64,000 nt of DNA from Eudoraea sp. (GCA_024639765.1 JAHEHU010000001.1:2800-66799), one strand, 5' to 3'. Positions 1 through 10,354 are shown, counted from the stretch's first letter. Program-made: numbers and translations. Notes: a model not told the origin generated them from the letters alone.

Positions 1-534
1 TTAGGCCCTAATTACTATTCATTTAACTATGGTGGCATCCATTTTATTAGTATTGACGGCGTAGGGTATCAGAATCTTTACTACTATGGAGGTGTAGATG
101 AAACCCAGTTAGCCTGGCTGGAAAAAGATCTTGAGCATTTAGATTTGGACACTCCGGTTGTAACCTTCAATCATATTCCTTTTGTTTCCCCTGGTTTCTC
201 ATTTCAAGATTTTGAAAATGATGCTTTCTATGGCCCACAACTATTGGAGCAAAGCAATAAATTGGAACACAGGCACATTGTGCATAATTTTAAGGAAGTT
301 CAACGACATATTGGCAAAAGACCTTATCCTCTGGCGCTTGCCGGACATTATCATGCTCCTCAAATAAGCAACATACTCGGGTCTGACACCCAATTTGCCC
401 AGACGGCAGCCATTACAGGTCCGGATACCTTTAGTTACAATGGATTTGAAGTTCGTTCAGGATTCACACTTTATGAAATTAGGGAAGGAACTATTTATTC
501 GAGTAAATTTATTCCCCTTACTTTCAATAAATAA
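1..534 (+). CDS. metallophosphoesterase family protein, C-terminal fragment (5' end outside window)
   Basis: Frame 1 is open from base 1 (LGPNYYSFNYGGIHFISIDG...VVTFNHIPF...LAGHYHAP). It carries GNH-like and GHxH phosphoesterase motifs. Stop at 532-534. Confidence 0.6.
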   Translation, partial: LGPNYYSFNYGGIHFISIDGVGYQNLYYYGGVDETQLAWLEKDLEHLDLDTPVVTFNHIPFVSPGFSFQDFENDAFYGPQLLEQSNKLEHRHIVHNFKEVQRHIGKRPYPLALAGHYHAPQISNILGSDTQFAQTAAITGPDTFSYNGFEVRSGFTLYEIREGTIYSSKFIPLTFNK

Positions 535-584
535 GCCTATTTACATTAAATTATATTACTCTAAGCATTTTAATAAAGTTACTT

Positions 585-2321
585 ATGAAAAAAATACTAC
601 TCATATCTTCCATCCTTTTGTTCTTCTTCGGATGCGCAGAAAAGGCAGATCAATCAAAATTAAATGATCAAAAAGATTCAAGTTGGTGGAAAGAAGCTGT
701 TATCTATCAGGTCTATCCCCGTAGTTTTAAAGATACTGATGGCGATGGTATTGGCGACCTCAAAGGGATCATTGAAAAGCTTGATTACATAAAAAGTCTG
801 GGGGTTACCATGGTTTGGCTCAACCCAATCTACAGTTCGCCCAACGCAGACAACGGCTATGATATTAGTGATTACCGTGCTATTATGGAAGAGTTCGGAA
901 CCATGGCCGACTTTGATGCGCTACTCAAAGGCCTCCATGAACGCGATATTAAATTTGTGATGGATGTGGTAGTGAATCACAGCAGCAATCAACATGAGTG
1001 GTTCAAAGAATCCAGAAGTTCCAGGGACAATCCTTACCGCGACTATTACCACTGGTGGCCGGCCGAAAAAGGCACTCCTCCATACCGCTATAGTCTTTTC
1101 GACGCTAAAGGTGATGCCTGGAAATACGATTCCATTACAGATGCTTACTACCTGCATTATTTCTCCGAACAACAACCAGATCTGAAGTGGGAAAATCCAA
1201 AGGTACGTCAGGAGGTCTATGACTTTATGAAGTTCTGGGCAGATAAAGGGGTGGATGGTTTCCGTCTCGATGCTTTCCAGTTTGCGGCAAAGGATACAAC
1301 ATATCCTGTTTTTCCAGATGATCTTGAGGAAAATTTTGTTCAATATTATGCCATGCAGGACGGCTTGCATGCCTATCTGAATGAAATGCATGAAGAGGTA
1401 TTTAGTAAATACGATGTAATGTCTGTAGCCGAAGGCGCAGGGCGTAATTTTGAAGAGGCCCATGAATTGGTGGATGCTGACCGTAACGAACTTAACATGG
1501 CCTATGCCTTTGAAGGAGTAGATATTGCCAAACCGGAGGGATACTCTCTGGCTCACTTTAAAGAAGTGTTTTCTCGCTGGGATAAAGAATTTTCAAAAGA
1601 AGGGTGGTTATCCATCTTCCTGGCGAATCATGACCAGGCAAGGTTGGTTAGCAGATTTGGTAATGACTCTCCAAAATTCAGGGCGCCATCAACCAAAATG
1701 CTGAATACTTTTATCCTTAGTATGAGAGGCACACCGTATTGTTATTATGGGGATGAGTTGGGGATGACCAATATTGGTTTTGACAGTATCTCCCAATATC
1801 AGGATATTGCCGCCCTCAATGGTTATGAGAAAGTAAAGTCTGAAGGTGGTGATCTGGAAGAATACCTCCTCAATCTAAAGTTCTCATCCCGGGACAATGG
1901 TCGCACTCCCATGCAGTGGGATAGCTCTATGAATGCCGGTTTCAGCAGCGGTAGGCCATGGCTGCCGGTCAATGATAATCATAACAAAATCAATGTAGCC
2001 TACCAAGATGCCGATCCGCTAAGTTGCCTCAATCATTTCAGGAAAATGGTGCAACTGAGAAAAGACAAGCCTATTTTGGTCTATGGACAATATGAACTGC
2101 TTATTCCGGAACACGAACAGATCTATGCCTTCACGCGCGAACTAAATGGAGAAAAAGTATTGATAATGCTAAACTTCTCATCGGAAGTAGCCACAGTGGA
2201 CATCCCGGTAAAAGAAAATCTCGGTGAGCTTTATATCAATAATTACGAAAGGGTATTTTTAAAGGACAGAGTATTATCTATGGAACCCTATCAGGCATTC
2301 ATCTATACCCTCACAAAATAA
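585..2321 (+). CDS. GH13 alpha-glucosidase / oligo-1,6-glucosidase-like lipoprotein
   Basis: 578-aa ORF with lipoprotein signal MKKILLISSILLFFFGC. GH13 conserved regions are present: DVVVNHSS, GVDGFRLDA, VAEGAG, FLANHDQ. Confidence 0.9.
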   Translation: MKKILLISSILLFFFGCAEKADQSKLNDQKDSSWWKEAVIYQVYPRSFKDTDGDGIGDLKGIIEKLDYIKSLGVTMVWLNPIYSSPNADNGYDISDYRAIMEEFGTMADFDALLKGLHERDIKFVMDVVVNHSSNQHEWFKESRSSRDNPYRDYYHWWPAEKGTPPYRYSLFDAKGDAWKYDSITDAYYLHYFSEQQPDLKWENPKVRQEVYDFMKFWADKGVDGFRLDAFQFAAKDTTYPVFPDDLEENFVQYYAMQDGLHAYLNEMHEEVFSKYDVMSVAEGAGRNFEEAHELVDADRNELNMAYAFEGVDIAKPEGYSLAHFKEVFSRWDKEFSKEGWLSIFLANHDQARLVSRFGNDSPKFRAPSTKMLNTFILSMRGTPYCYYGDELGMTNIGFDSISQYQDIAALNGYEKVKSEGGDLEEYLLNLKFSSRDNGRTPMQWDSSMNAGFSSGRPWLPVNDNHNKINVAYQDADPLSCLNHFRKMVQLRKDKPILVYGQYELLIPEHEQIYAFTRELNGEKVLIMLNFSSEVATVDIPVKENLGELYINNYERVFLKDRVLSMEPYQAFIYTLTK

Positions 2322-2334
2322 AGTGACTCATTAA

Positions 2335-3858
2335 TTAATCAATGACCACTTTGTAAGTAGGATCCTCCAAAACATTCACCTCAATGATGTCGTCTGCATT
2401 TTTCAGTAATTGAATGCAATCTCGACTCAAATGTTTGAGGTGTAGTTTTTTACCTACTTTTTGATAGCGTTCAGTGATCTTGTTTACAGCTTCTATAGCA
2501 GACATGTCTACGATCCTGCTTTCTTGAAAGTCGATAACTACTTCGTCCGGATCGTTCAACACATCGAACTTTTCATTGAATAGCGTTACCGAACCAAAGA
2601 ACAAGGGTCCGTATATCTCATAATGTTTTACCCCATCCTCATCCACATATTTCCTGGCACGGATCCTTTTGGCATTATCCCATGCAAATACCAGCGCTGC
2701 AATGATCACCCCTACTAAAACAGCCAGGGCAAGATTATGAAGAAAAACGGTCACTAGGGTTACAAGGATCATCACCAAAACATCGCTCTTTGGCATTCTG
2801 CGAAAGGTTCGCAAGCTGGCCCATTCAAAGGTACCCAGGGCAACCATGATCATAAGACCTGTCAAGGCCGCCATAGGAACTCTTTCAATAAGATCTGCTC
2901 CAAACATGATAAAGACGAGTAGCATTAAGGCCGCCACAATTCCGGAGAGCCTGGCGCGGGCCCCATTAGATGTATTGATCAAACTCTGGCCTATCATGGC
3001 ACATCCTCCCATTCCTGAGAAGACACCCGATAGGATATTGGCTGTACCCTGGGCCACCGCTTCCTTGTTTCCACGACCCCGAGTCTCTGTGATCTCATCC
3101 ACAATATTGAGTGTTAAGAGACTTTCAATAAGTCCGACACCGGCCACAATAGCCGCGTACGGAAAAATAATTTGGAGGGTTTCTAAAGTTAGAGGCACCA
3201 TGGGTAAATGAAAAGGAGGGAAACCTCCTTTAATAGAGGCAATATCCCCAATGGTTCGTGTATCGATCCCAAAGAACAGCACTATTCCGAATACCAACAA
3301 GATAGCAACCAGGGATGCGGGTACCGCCTTGCTGATCTTAGGCAGGCCCCAAATGACCAACATAGTTAACAGTACAAGTCCAGAAAAAAGATACAAGGTA
3401 CTTCCACTGAGCCAGTCACCTTCCGCTGTTTTGAACTGGGTTAACTGGGAAAGGAAAATGATGATGGCCAGGCCATTTACAAATCCAAAGATCACTGGGT
3501 GTGGCACAAGCCTCATTAATTTCCCTAATCGTAATATCCCTGCAAGTACCTGTAGTATGCCAGCCAGGACCACTGCTGCAAAGACATATTCTACCCCATA
3601 CTGCTGCGCCAGGGCAACGATCACTACCGCCACAGCACCTGTAGCGCCGGAGATCATCCCGGGTCTACCCCCTAAAATTGATGTAACCAAGCCCATTACA
3701 AAAGCCGCATACAGTCCTGTAAGGGGAGAAAGACCGGCGATTAATGCAAACGCTATGGCCTCTGGCACCAAAGCCAGCGCCACAGTGATCCCTGATAGGA
3801 TCTCGGTCTTATAATTTACTTCTTGTGAAAAATCGAATAGATTAAGATACTTCTTCAA
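2335..3858 (-). CDS. SulP family inorganic anion transporter with C-terminal STAS domain
   Basis: 507-aa polytopic membrane ORF with GGRPGMISGATGA and MIGQSLIN motifs. The C-terminal STAS-like region contains YEIYGPLFFGS. Confidence 0.9.
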   Translation of the reverse strand: MKKYLNLFDFSQEVNYKTEILSGITVALALVPEAIAFALIAGLSPLTGLYAAFVMGLVTSILGGRPGMISGATGAVAVVIVALAQQYGVEYVFAAVVLAGILQVLAGILRLGKLMRLVPHPVIFGFVNGLAIIIFLSQLTQFKTAEGDWLSGSTLYLFSGLVLLTMLVIWGLPKISKAVPASLVAILLVFGIVLFFGIDTRTIGDIASIKGGFPPFHLPMVPLTLETLQIIFPYAAIVAGVGLIESLLTLNIVDEITETRGRGNKEAVAQGTANILSGVFSGMGGCAMIGQSLINTSNGARARLSGIVAALMLLVFIMFGADLIERVPMAALTGLMIMVALGTFEWASLRTFRRMPKSDVLVMILVTLVTVFLHNLALAVLVGVIIAALVFAWDNAKRIRARKYVDEDGVKHYEIYGPLFFGSVTLFNEKFDVLNDPDEVVIDFQESRIVDMSAIEAVNKITERYQKVGKKLHLKHLSRDCIQLLKNADDIIEVNVLEDPTYKVVID

Positions 3859-3940
3859 ACGCCTATGGTTTTAAGGGCGCAAAAATACCACAAAATGAAC
3901 AGGCAGCCTTAGCTTCTGAAAGAATTGTGGATTTGGTACC

Positions 3941-4912
3941 CTACCAGGGAGATATTCCCAATAATCGTTCTCCAAGGGGTGATAAATTAGCAGTTTCATA
4001 CTTTTCCTGTTCCCAGTTGCGCGGATCCCCGGGAAAGGCATAGCCCTCAGGGGCCACTCTGTTCTTCCAGGAATTGATGCGCCACGCCAATAGTGGCTCA
4101 TTCTGTGGTTCTGCAGGCATCATTGATATATATTGGGCAATCCGTACTTTGTCCTTTGATCTGTTAGGCCTGATGCCATGGGGTTCTGTACTATTAAAAA
4201 TCAACAGATCACCGGCTTCCAATTTCACCTTTACGATCTTATCTTCCAAATCTGATATATCTGGTTGAAACCTATCCCTGTCCTCTGGTTGTCCAAGTTT
4301 CCAGGTGTCGTAATTTCTGTAGAGCCAGGGAATACATTGAAATCCTCCCATGTTATCATCGGTTTGATCTGCAAGGGCCAATACCCCCTGAACATTCTGA
4401 GGTTTGGTTTCCGGGTCATAATCCCAATGGATAAATCCTTTGCGTTCAAAGCCGGGGCGTTGCGGAAAATTGAGGTTTGCCCGGTCTATGGTGACCCACA
4501 ATTCTTCCGTTCCCCACACATCTACAAAAGCATCATAAATACGCTTTTCCTGTCTGTTATTCCAGAGATGCTGATGATTGTATACTTCAACCATGCCGGT
4601 GCCCGTAAGCTCTTTCATTTTCATTTCCGCCCTGGGAGGTGCATACCAGGTCTCGCGATCTTTCGGATCCTTCTCATCAAATTCCCAAAGAAAATCGGCC
4701 GTGGCTTTTGCCTGTTCCTTGGAGATAGCATTTTTCACAACAATATAACCATTGTGAATCCAAAATTTCCAATCTTCTTCGCTTAAGACACGCAAAGGCT
4801 TTCCGTTAGACCGGTCATTAAGTTTTATTGAACTACTGGTGGCAGTAGATGGGTTTCCGGGTATTTCGGCATGACCCTTATTTCCCATTTCGATGTTGTA
4901 CTTGGATTCCAT
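3941..4912 (-). CDS. phytanoyl-CoA dioxygenase (PhyH) family Fe(II)/2-oxoglutarate dioxygenase
   Basis: 323-aa ORF with an HxD motif (FIHWDYD) and a distal His (TEPHGIRPN). Overall resemblance to PhyH/ectoine-hydroxylase-like proteins. Confidence 0.7.
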   Translation of the reverse strand: MESKYNIEMGNKGHAEIPGNPSTATSSSIKLNDRSNGKPLRVLSEEDWKFWIHNGYIVVKNAISKEQAKATADFLWEFDEKDPKDRETWYAPPRAEMKMKELTGTGMVEVYNHQHLWNNRQEKRIYDAFVDVWGTEELWVTIDRANLNFPQRPGFERKGFIHWDYDPETKPQNVQGVLALADQTDDNMGGFQCIPWLYRNYDTWKLGQPEDRDRFQPDISDLEDKIVKVKLEAGDLLIFNSTEPHGIRPNRSKDKVRIAQYISMMPAEPQNEPLLAWRINSWKNRVAPEGYAFPGDPRNWEQEKYETANLSPLGERLLGISPW

Positions 4913-4971
4913 ACCATTTTAATAAAGGAGATTAACACCATAAGATACTGAAAATAGCCTTTGTAAGAAAG

Positions 4972-5006
4972 AAAAAAGCCACCCTTTCCATTCAGGAAAG
5001 GACGGC
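4972..5006 (-). terminator. intrinsic terminator downstream of the lipoprotein gene
   Basis: Minus strand reads GCCGTCCTTTCC-TGAAT-GGAAAGGGTGGC followed by TTTTTT. Confidence 0.6.
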
Positions 5007-5065
5007 TTTCATCTAACTAACCAACCAAAAAATATCTTTATCTACTATGTACTAAAATAGACAGT

Positions 5066-5989
5066 TTACGTACGTTTGCGAACCACATTCATAATGGGGT
5101 TTTTGGTCTTTACTCGCTTCTTCCCGGAGACAGCGTTTTCCGATCTCAGGAATTGAATATACCCCCTTCCTTGAAATTCATACACCGTACCACTATCTGG
5201 GTGATACAATTCTATAGTACTGTCATTTATGACATATAACTCAAAATAATCATCCCCCATAAAATCATAATCGAGTGTCAACGTTTTTAGTGATTCGTCA
5301 TTTGGCACATCATACACTTCATAAAAACCTTCGTAATCCCATAAAATACCATTGATGGGTGTCCCTATTGGATCTATTGATGACCTGAATGTAGTACCTC
5401 CATTACTTTCGTAAAATTGCAGAAAATTTTCTTCATCAAAATCGTTGATAGCGCCGGTTTCACTTACAAAGGTCTTCTCCCAAACATCGTATTCCTGCAG
5501 CAGGTATTCAATATTCTCGTAAAATACCCTGTCATAATCAAAACTTCCGCGTTGATAACCATCCAGGAAATAAGAAGTATTGGAGCGTCTGTCATATATT
5601 TCCAGTGTTCTTGAATTTACCTGATATACATCAAACACCCACAGTCCGTCCACATCATGATCTATCTCAAGGACACCACTACCTCCATCATAATATCCTA
5701 CCCTAATGCCCAGGCCATTCCCCGTTTTTCCGATCCCGGAGATATTGTTATTGGCATAGAGCAGCCCATTTGTAAAAGACAAAGTAAAAGCTCGCTGCAG
5801 GAAAGGCACTTCACCAGATCCCTCTGTAGCGTTAATGTCTATATACCAAAGATCATAGGCCTGCATAAGTTGCCTGGTTTGCAAGGTTGTATCCTCTACA
5901 AAAACGTCTTCTAAGATAACCTCCGTGTAACAGCCATTTAGAAGCAACATCAGCAAGGTTGCTGTACCGAGTAGTGTAAATTTTTTCAT
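5066..5989 (-). CDS. hypothetical lipoprotein with two internally repeated modules
   Basis: 307-aa ORF with lipobox LLLNGC. The two halves end in similar strands (YQVNSRTLEIYDRRSNTSYFLDGYQRG / YVINDSTIELYHPDSGTVYEFQGRG). Confidence 0.6.
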   Translation of the reverse strand: MKKFTLLGTATLLMLLLNGCYTEVILEDVFVEDTTLQTRQLMQAYDLWYIDINATEGSGEVPFLQRAFTLSFTNGLLYANNNISGIGKTGNGLGIRVGYYDGGSGVLEIDHDVDGLWVFDVYQVNSRTLEIYDRRSNTSYFLDGYQRGSFDYDRVFYENIEYLLQEYDVWEKTFVSETGAINDFDEENFLQFYESNGGTTFRSSIDPIGTPINGILWDYEGFYEVYDVPNDESLKTLTLDYDFMGDDYFELYVINDSTIELYHPDSGTVYEFQGRGYIQFLRSENAVSGKKRVKTKNPIMNVVRKRT

Positions 5990-6114
5990 GATGTACTTTT
6001 TATGGTTCTGTTAATGTATAAAACAAGCATCGTGCCATTTGTTTTATATTTCTGATAATCAGTCTTTTATGAGCTAATGGTTTTTAATTACATTTGCTAG
6101 GAGAAGAACAATTC

Positions 6115-7116
6115 ATGAAAAAAGACATACGTTTTGCAGTAATGGGAGGAGGTAGCTGGGCAACAGCTATCGTAAAAATGCTTACTGAAAACCTATCCAA
6201 TGTCATCTGGTACATGCGCAGTTCAGAGGCTATTGCATTCATAAAAAAAGAAAAGCATAATCCTAATTACCTTACCTCTGTTGAGTTTAACCTTAGTCAA
6301 TTAACACTCACAGATACTATAGATAATGCTGTGCAGGAGGCCGATATCCTAATTTTTGCCATCCCTTCTGCCTTTCTAGAAAAAGAACTTCAAAAACTTA
6401 CGGTCCCTTTGACAGATAAGACCATCTTTTCAGCGATCAAAGGAATAGTACCTGAATCCGGAAAGATCGTTGGGGAACATTTTCATGAGAAATACAATAT
6501 TCCCTTTGAAAATATTGGGGTCATTACGGGGCCATGCCATGCGGAGGAAGTTGCGCTGGAACGTCTGTCATACCTTACTATAGCAAGTGCAGATAAAGAC
6601 AAAGCCAAGATGGTGGCTTCCTATCTTAATAGCGAATACATTAAAACAAAGATATCTGATGATATCATTGGCACTGAATACGCGGCGATGTTAAAAAATA
6701 TCTATGCGCTTGCAGCAGGTATAGCACATGGTCTTGGATATGGTGATAATTTTCAAAGCGTCTTGATGAGTAATGCCATACGCGAAATGAAGCGTTACAT
6801 AAAGAGAGTTCATAAGATGAAACGCAACATTAATGATTCTGCCTATCTGGGAGACTTGTTGGTTACGGGCTATTCTACTTTTAGTCGTAATCGGATGTTT
6901 GGCAATATGATAGGGAAGGGGTACACTGTAAAAAGTGCCATGATGGAGATGAACATGGTAGCAGAAGGCTATTATGCCACCAAAAGTGCCTATGAACTAA
7001 AAAATACTTTTAAGAGTAAAGTACGTTCTCCTATCATTGATGCTGTTTATGCAGTATTATATCAAAAAGAGAATGCACGAAAGACCTTTAAAAGACTGAC
7101 AGACCTCCTTGATTAA
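6115..7116 (+). CDS. gpsA: NAD(P)H-dependent glycerol-3-phosphate dehydrogenase
   Basis: Rossmann motif AVMGGGSWATA and GPCHAEEV motif. The ATG at 6115 is preferred over the upstream TTG at 6094. Confidence 0.9.
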   Translation: MKKDIRFAVMGGGSWATAIVKMLTENLSNVIWYMRSSEAIAFIKKEKHNPNYLTSVEFNLSQLTLTDTIDNAVQEADILIFAIPSAFLEKELQKLTVPLTDKTIFSAIKGIVPESGKIVGEHFHEKYNIPFENIGVITGPCHAEEVALERLSYLTIASADKDKAKMVASYLNSEYIKTKISDDIIGTEYAAMLKNIYALAAGIAHGLGYGDNFQSVLMSNAIREMKRYIKRVHKMKRNINDSAYLGDLLVTGYSTFSRNRMFGNMIGKGYTVKSAMMEMNMVAEGYYATKSAYELKNTFKSKVRSPIIDAVYAVLYQKENARKTFKRLTDLLD

Positions 7117-7139
7117 AGGAAAATAAAGATCCTGTTAGG

Positions 7140-8807
7140 TTACATTCTTTCTAACGAAAAATCGGAATGCGATTTTAAGATAGTTTCCATTGTTTCCTTC
7201 CATTCCTGCACCTTAGCCTCATCTGTTTTGAAAACCCTCTGCAATTCCGAACAGACCGGCTCCATTAAACTTCGTACACTTTGTATATCAAAATATAACC
7301 GTCCTGTTCTTCGGATAAAGAAGTCCATCGGAGATTGCACCATTTCATAGGCAATTGCAAACTCCAATTCTGAAAGGGCCATACGAATCGAGATGTCTTT
7401 TTCTTTTCTGGCTTTATAAAAATTAAGAATAGCCTCTGTTTGGACCCCGTAATTGGTCACCAGATACCAGGCATCATATTTGGTGAAGTTATCTGCCCTA
7501 ATACGTTCATAAATTGCTGCGATATACTTTTTTACTTCTTTGTATGTCTTGAATTTGCTGCCACACAGCGGTATGGTTTCGGTAAGACATTCTGGTACTT
7601 TCTCGCCTTGCTCTTCTTCCATTGTTCTTGTGATCCTGTTCACCACACGCTCTGCCATTTTCCTGTAGCCGGTCAATTTTCCGCCGGCGATACTTATAAG
7701 TCCGGTGTCTGAGGTAAAGATCTCATCCTTGCGTGAAAGTTCGGAAGTAGACTTTCCTTCTTCATGGATGAGGGGGCGCAGCCCCGCCCAGGAAGATTCA
7801 ATATCCTCCATTTCTAAATTGATGCTGGGGAACATATTATTTACCGCTGCAATGAGATAAATAGCATCGGCCATATCGGTTTCTACCTTATCCTTGTCCA
7901 GGTTGTAATTGGTATCTGTAGTGCCTACATAGGTTACCTTTCCTCTGGGAATAGCAAAAATCATACGGCCGTCTGGCACATCAAAATACACAGACTGATT
8001 TACCGGTAATTTGTTATGTGGAAATACAACATGGACCCCTTTGGTAAGATGTAAACGTTTTCCTTTTTTGGAATTGTTGATGCTCCTCAGTTCATCTACC
8101 CATGGACCCGTAGCACTTACAACATAGTTGGAATTTACCGAAAACTCATCTCCTGATATACAATCTTTCACTGTTACCCCCTTTACAAGACCTTCCCTAT
8201 ACATAAAGTTGGTCACTTCGGCATAATTGAGGGCCTCTGCCCCGTATTTTAAACTGGTTTTGATATTTTCCAGGGTAAGACGGGCGTCATCTGTACGGTA
8301 TTCTGCGTAATAGCCTGCTCCTTTTACCTTTTTTTTAGGCAATAGTGGTTCCAGGGCCAATGCCTCTTTTTTCTCCAGCATTTTTCGTTTATCATCTCCT
8401 GAAACTTGGGCCAAGATATCGTACACTTTTAAACCAACAGAAGTGAGCCATTTCCCATAGGAGCCCCCTTCAATAAGTGGTAAAAGCATTTTCTCCGGTA
8501 ATACCAGGTGGGGCGCTAATTTATGAACTATGGCTCTTTCGGAACCTACCTCCTTTACCAGCCAGAAATCGAATTGTTTCAGGTATCGCAGCCCCCCATG
8601 AATGAGTTTGGTAGATTTGCTACTTGTGCCTGAGGCAAAATCGCCCTTCTCCAACAACAGCACTTTTAAGCCACGAGATGCCGCATCGAGCGCAATTCCT
8701 CCACCTGTGATCCCTCCTCCAATAACTACAATATCAAAATGTTCTTTGGCAATTTTTTCAACGGTAGTTGCCCTGTTCAAATTAGAAAAAGGAATCGCTT
8801 TTTTCAT
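7140..8807 (-). CDS. glpD: FAD-dependent glycerol-3-phosphate dehydrogenase/oxidase
   Basis: 555-aa ORF whose N-terminus reads DIVVIGGGITGGGIALDAASRGLKVLLLEKGDFASGTSSKSTKLIHGGLRYL, typical of GlpD. Confidence 0.9.
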   Translation of the reverse strand: MKKAIPFSNLNRATTVEKIAKEHFDIVVIGGGITGGGIALDAASRGLKVLLLEKGDFASGTSSKSTKLIHGGLRYLKQFDFWLVKEVGSERAIVHKLAPHLVLPEKMLLPLIEGGSYGKWLTSVGLKVYDILAQVSGDDKRKMLEKKEALALEPLLPKKKVKGAGYYAEYRTDDARLTLENIKTSLKYGAEALNYAEVTNFMYREGLVKGVTVKDCISGDEFSVNSNYVVSATGPWVDELRSINNSKKGKRLHLTKGVHVVFPHNKLPVNQSVYFDVPDGRMIFAIPRGKVTYVGTTDTNYNLDKDKVETDMADAIYLIAAVNNMFPSINLEMEDIESSWAGLRPLIHEEGKSTSELSRKDEIFTSDTGLISIAGGKLTGYRKMAERVVNRITRTMEEEQGEKVPECLTETIPLCGSKFKTYKEVKKYIAAIYERIRADNFTKYDAWYLVTNYGVQTEAILNFYKARKEKDISIRMALSELEFAIAYEMVQSPMDFFIRRTGRLYFDIQSVRSLMEPVCSELQRVFKTDEAKVQEWKETMETILKSHSDFSLERM

Positions 8808-8893
8808 TCGTAGAATCTTTGTTTAGAAATAGCTTTATAAAAATAGGTTACTACAAAGGATACACAAAATTTAGAAGTTTAAGCTACTGTTAA

Positions 8894-9205
8894 CTATAGA
8901 TGGCCAAACTCGTATTCCCTCTCTACTAAGCAAATACGTAATTTATACCATTGATACCACAATTCTTTTCCTTTCTCCTGAGCTACTAGATGTTCACTAT
9001 GATTCTTCCATAAGCGGACAGCTTCCAGGGATTCCCAGTAACTTACACTGATTCCCTTCTCACTTCTGGCCGATTCAAAACCGAGAAAACCAGGTTGTTT
9101 TTCTGCCAGAGACTCCATTTTACGGGCCATCTCTACATATCCATGTTCTCCCTCTTTCCTTAGTGTGGTAAAGATCACGGCATAGTATGGGAGTTGTTGG
9201 TTCAT
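8894..9205 (-). CDS. antibiotic biosynthesis monooxygenase (ABM) domain protein
   Basis: 103-aa ORF with a ferredoxin-like ABM pattern (YAVIFT...GFLGFES...SYWESLEAVRLWKNHSEH). Confidence 0.7.
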   Translation of the reverse strand: MNQQLPYYAVIFTTLRKEGEHGYVEMARKMESLAEKQPGFLGFESARSEKGISVSYWESLEAVRLWKNHSEHLVAQEKGKELWYQWYKLRICLVEREYEFGHL

Positions 9206-9558
9206 TGGATATACTCTTTTTCCAAAAAATACCCTACTATGGCTTCCTTCATCAAGACAGATTGTTCTCCGGCCTTCAATGGTGGTAGGGCTTCTTTTAT
9301 TTTGTAGTGGGGCCAGCCTTGTTCATCGAAGAATTCGAACTCATAGTATCCGTAAGGTTCAAGCAATCTGCATATGGCAATATGCATCAGGTTGATCTTT
9401 TCATCCTTTTTGTACTTCTTGTGGTACTGCCCCAGTTCCTGAATTCCAACCAAATAAATAATGGCATCCAAATCAAGGGGATCTCCATCTGAAAATTGGG
9501 AAGAAAGTCTGTGAACCAATAGTTCCCATTGTTCCTTAAGTATCTTGTCTCTGCCCAT
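9202..9558 (-). CDS. conserved hypothetical protein
   Basis: ORF trimmed to the ATG at 9558 (MGRDKILKEQ...). It overlaps the ABM gene by 4 nt. No recognisable motif. Confidence 0.5.
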   Translation of the reverse strand: MGRDKILKEQWELLVHRLSSQFSDGDPLDLDAIIYLVGIQELGQYHKKYKKDEKINLMHIAICRLLEPYGYYEFEFFDEQGWPHYKIKEALPPLKAGEQSVLMKEAIVGYFLEKEYIQ

Positions 9559-9647
9559 ATATACGCTATTACAAGGGGTAAAATGATGAATTATTGAAGG
9601 TTCAAAGGTACAAATCAAAGTTCTATCTTTGTATAAAACAACATCTT

Positions 9648-10157
9648 GTGAGTTTTATTGATATTGTTCTGGGTTTGCTATTACTTTATGGTCTTTTTAA
9701 AGGGGTGCAAAACGGTCTTCTGGTAGAACTTGCCTCAATCCTGGCATTGATAGCCGGCTTATACGGGGCCATTCATTTTTCATATATAGTGGGTAATTAT
9801 ATGGCGTCTCATTGGGATTGGAATGAACGCACCATGAGTCTTCTATCCTTTATTATTACCTTTTTTATTATTGTTATTGTAGTGGTCATGGCAGGGAAAT
9901 TACTTACCAAGATTGCTGAATTTGCCATGTTGGGCCTGCTTAATAAAATTGCAGGTGGGCTATTTGGTATTTTGAAAGTGGCCATTATCCTTGGGGCACT
10001 TTTGATCTTCCTGGAGAGCGTAAACAAAAATCTCAGAGTGATCAATGAGGACACCAAATCCGAATCGGTACTCTATGAACCCATACGCAATATTGGCGAT
10101 CTGGTCTTTAGTGCCGTTATAAAATCGGATACCGATAGTGACCAAAGCGCTGAATAA
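9648..10157 (+). CDS. cvpA: CvpA family membrane protein
   Basis: The in-frame GTG at 9648 gives an N-terminus (V)SFIDIVLGLLLLYGLFKGVQNGL, typical of CvpA, followed by four TM segments. The upstream TTG at 9594 is less likely. Confidence 0.7.
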   Translation: MSFIDIVLGLLLLYGLFKGVQNGLLVELASILALIAGLYGAIHFSYIVGNYMASHWDWNERTMSLLSFIITFFIIVIVVVMAGKLLTKIAEFAMLGLLNKIAGGLFGILKVAIILGALLIFLESVNKNLRVINEDTKSESVLYEPIRNIGDLVFSAVIKSDTDSDQSAE

Positions 10158-10174
10158 AACAATTAGATAGTAAC

Positions 10175-10236
10175 ATCCGATGAACCAGAGGCACTATTAA
10201 AATTAATTGATTGGTCCCGGAAGTGCATTTCATCGA
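10175..10236. repeat. degenerate copy of a palindromic intergenic element (see 49225-49260)
   Basis: ATCCGATGAA ... GTGCATTTCATCGA are shared with the hairpin after purF. Here the arms are separated by about 38 nt. Confidence 0.4.
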
Positions 10237-10354
10237 ATAAATCCTTCATTTAATACCTTGCTTAAATCATTTTTAGTATTATTACAGACTTCAATAAAAT
10301 TTGAAGTACACGAGAACCCCCACTTCTTTTCTACCTGCTTGCGAGTAACACTAT

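Noticed and set aside
921-1556. 211-aa minus-strand ORF inside the alpha-glucosidase gene. Similar long antisense ORFs lie at 3251-3814, 4265-4786, 27203-27646, 43857-44147 and 62807-63292.
   Set aside because: Each lies fully antisense to a gene with strong family motifs. Their translations are low-complexity or compositionally odd with no motifs. These are typical shadow ORFs.
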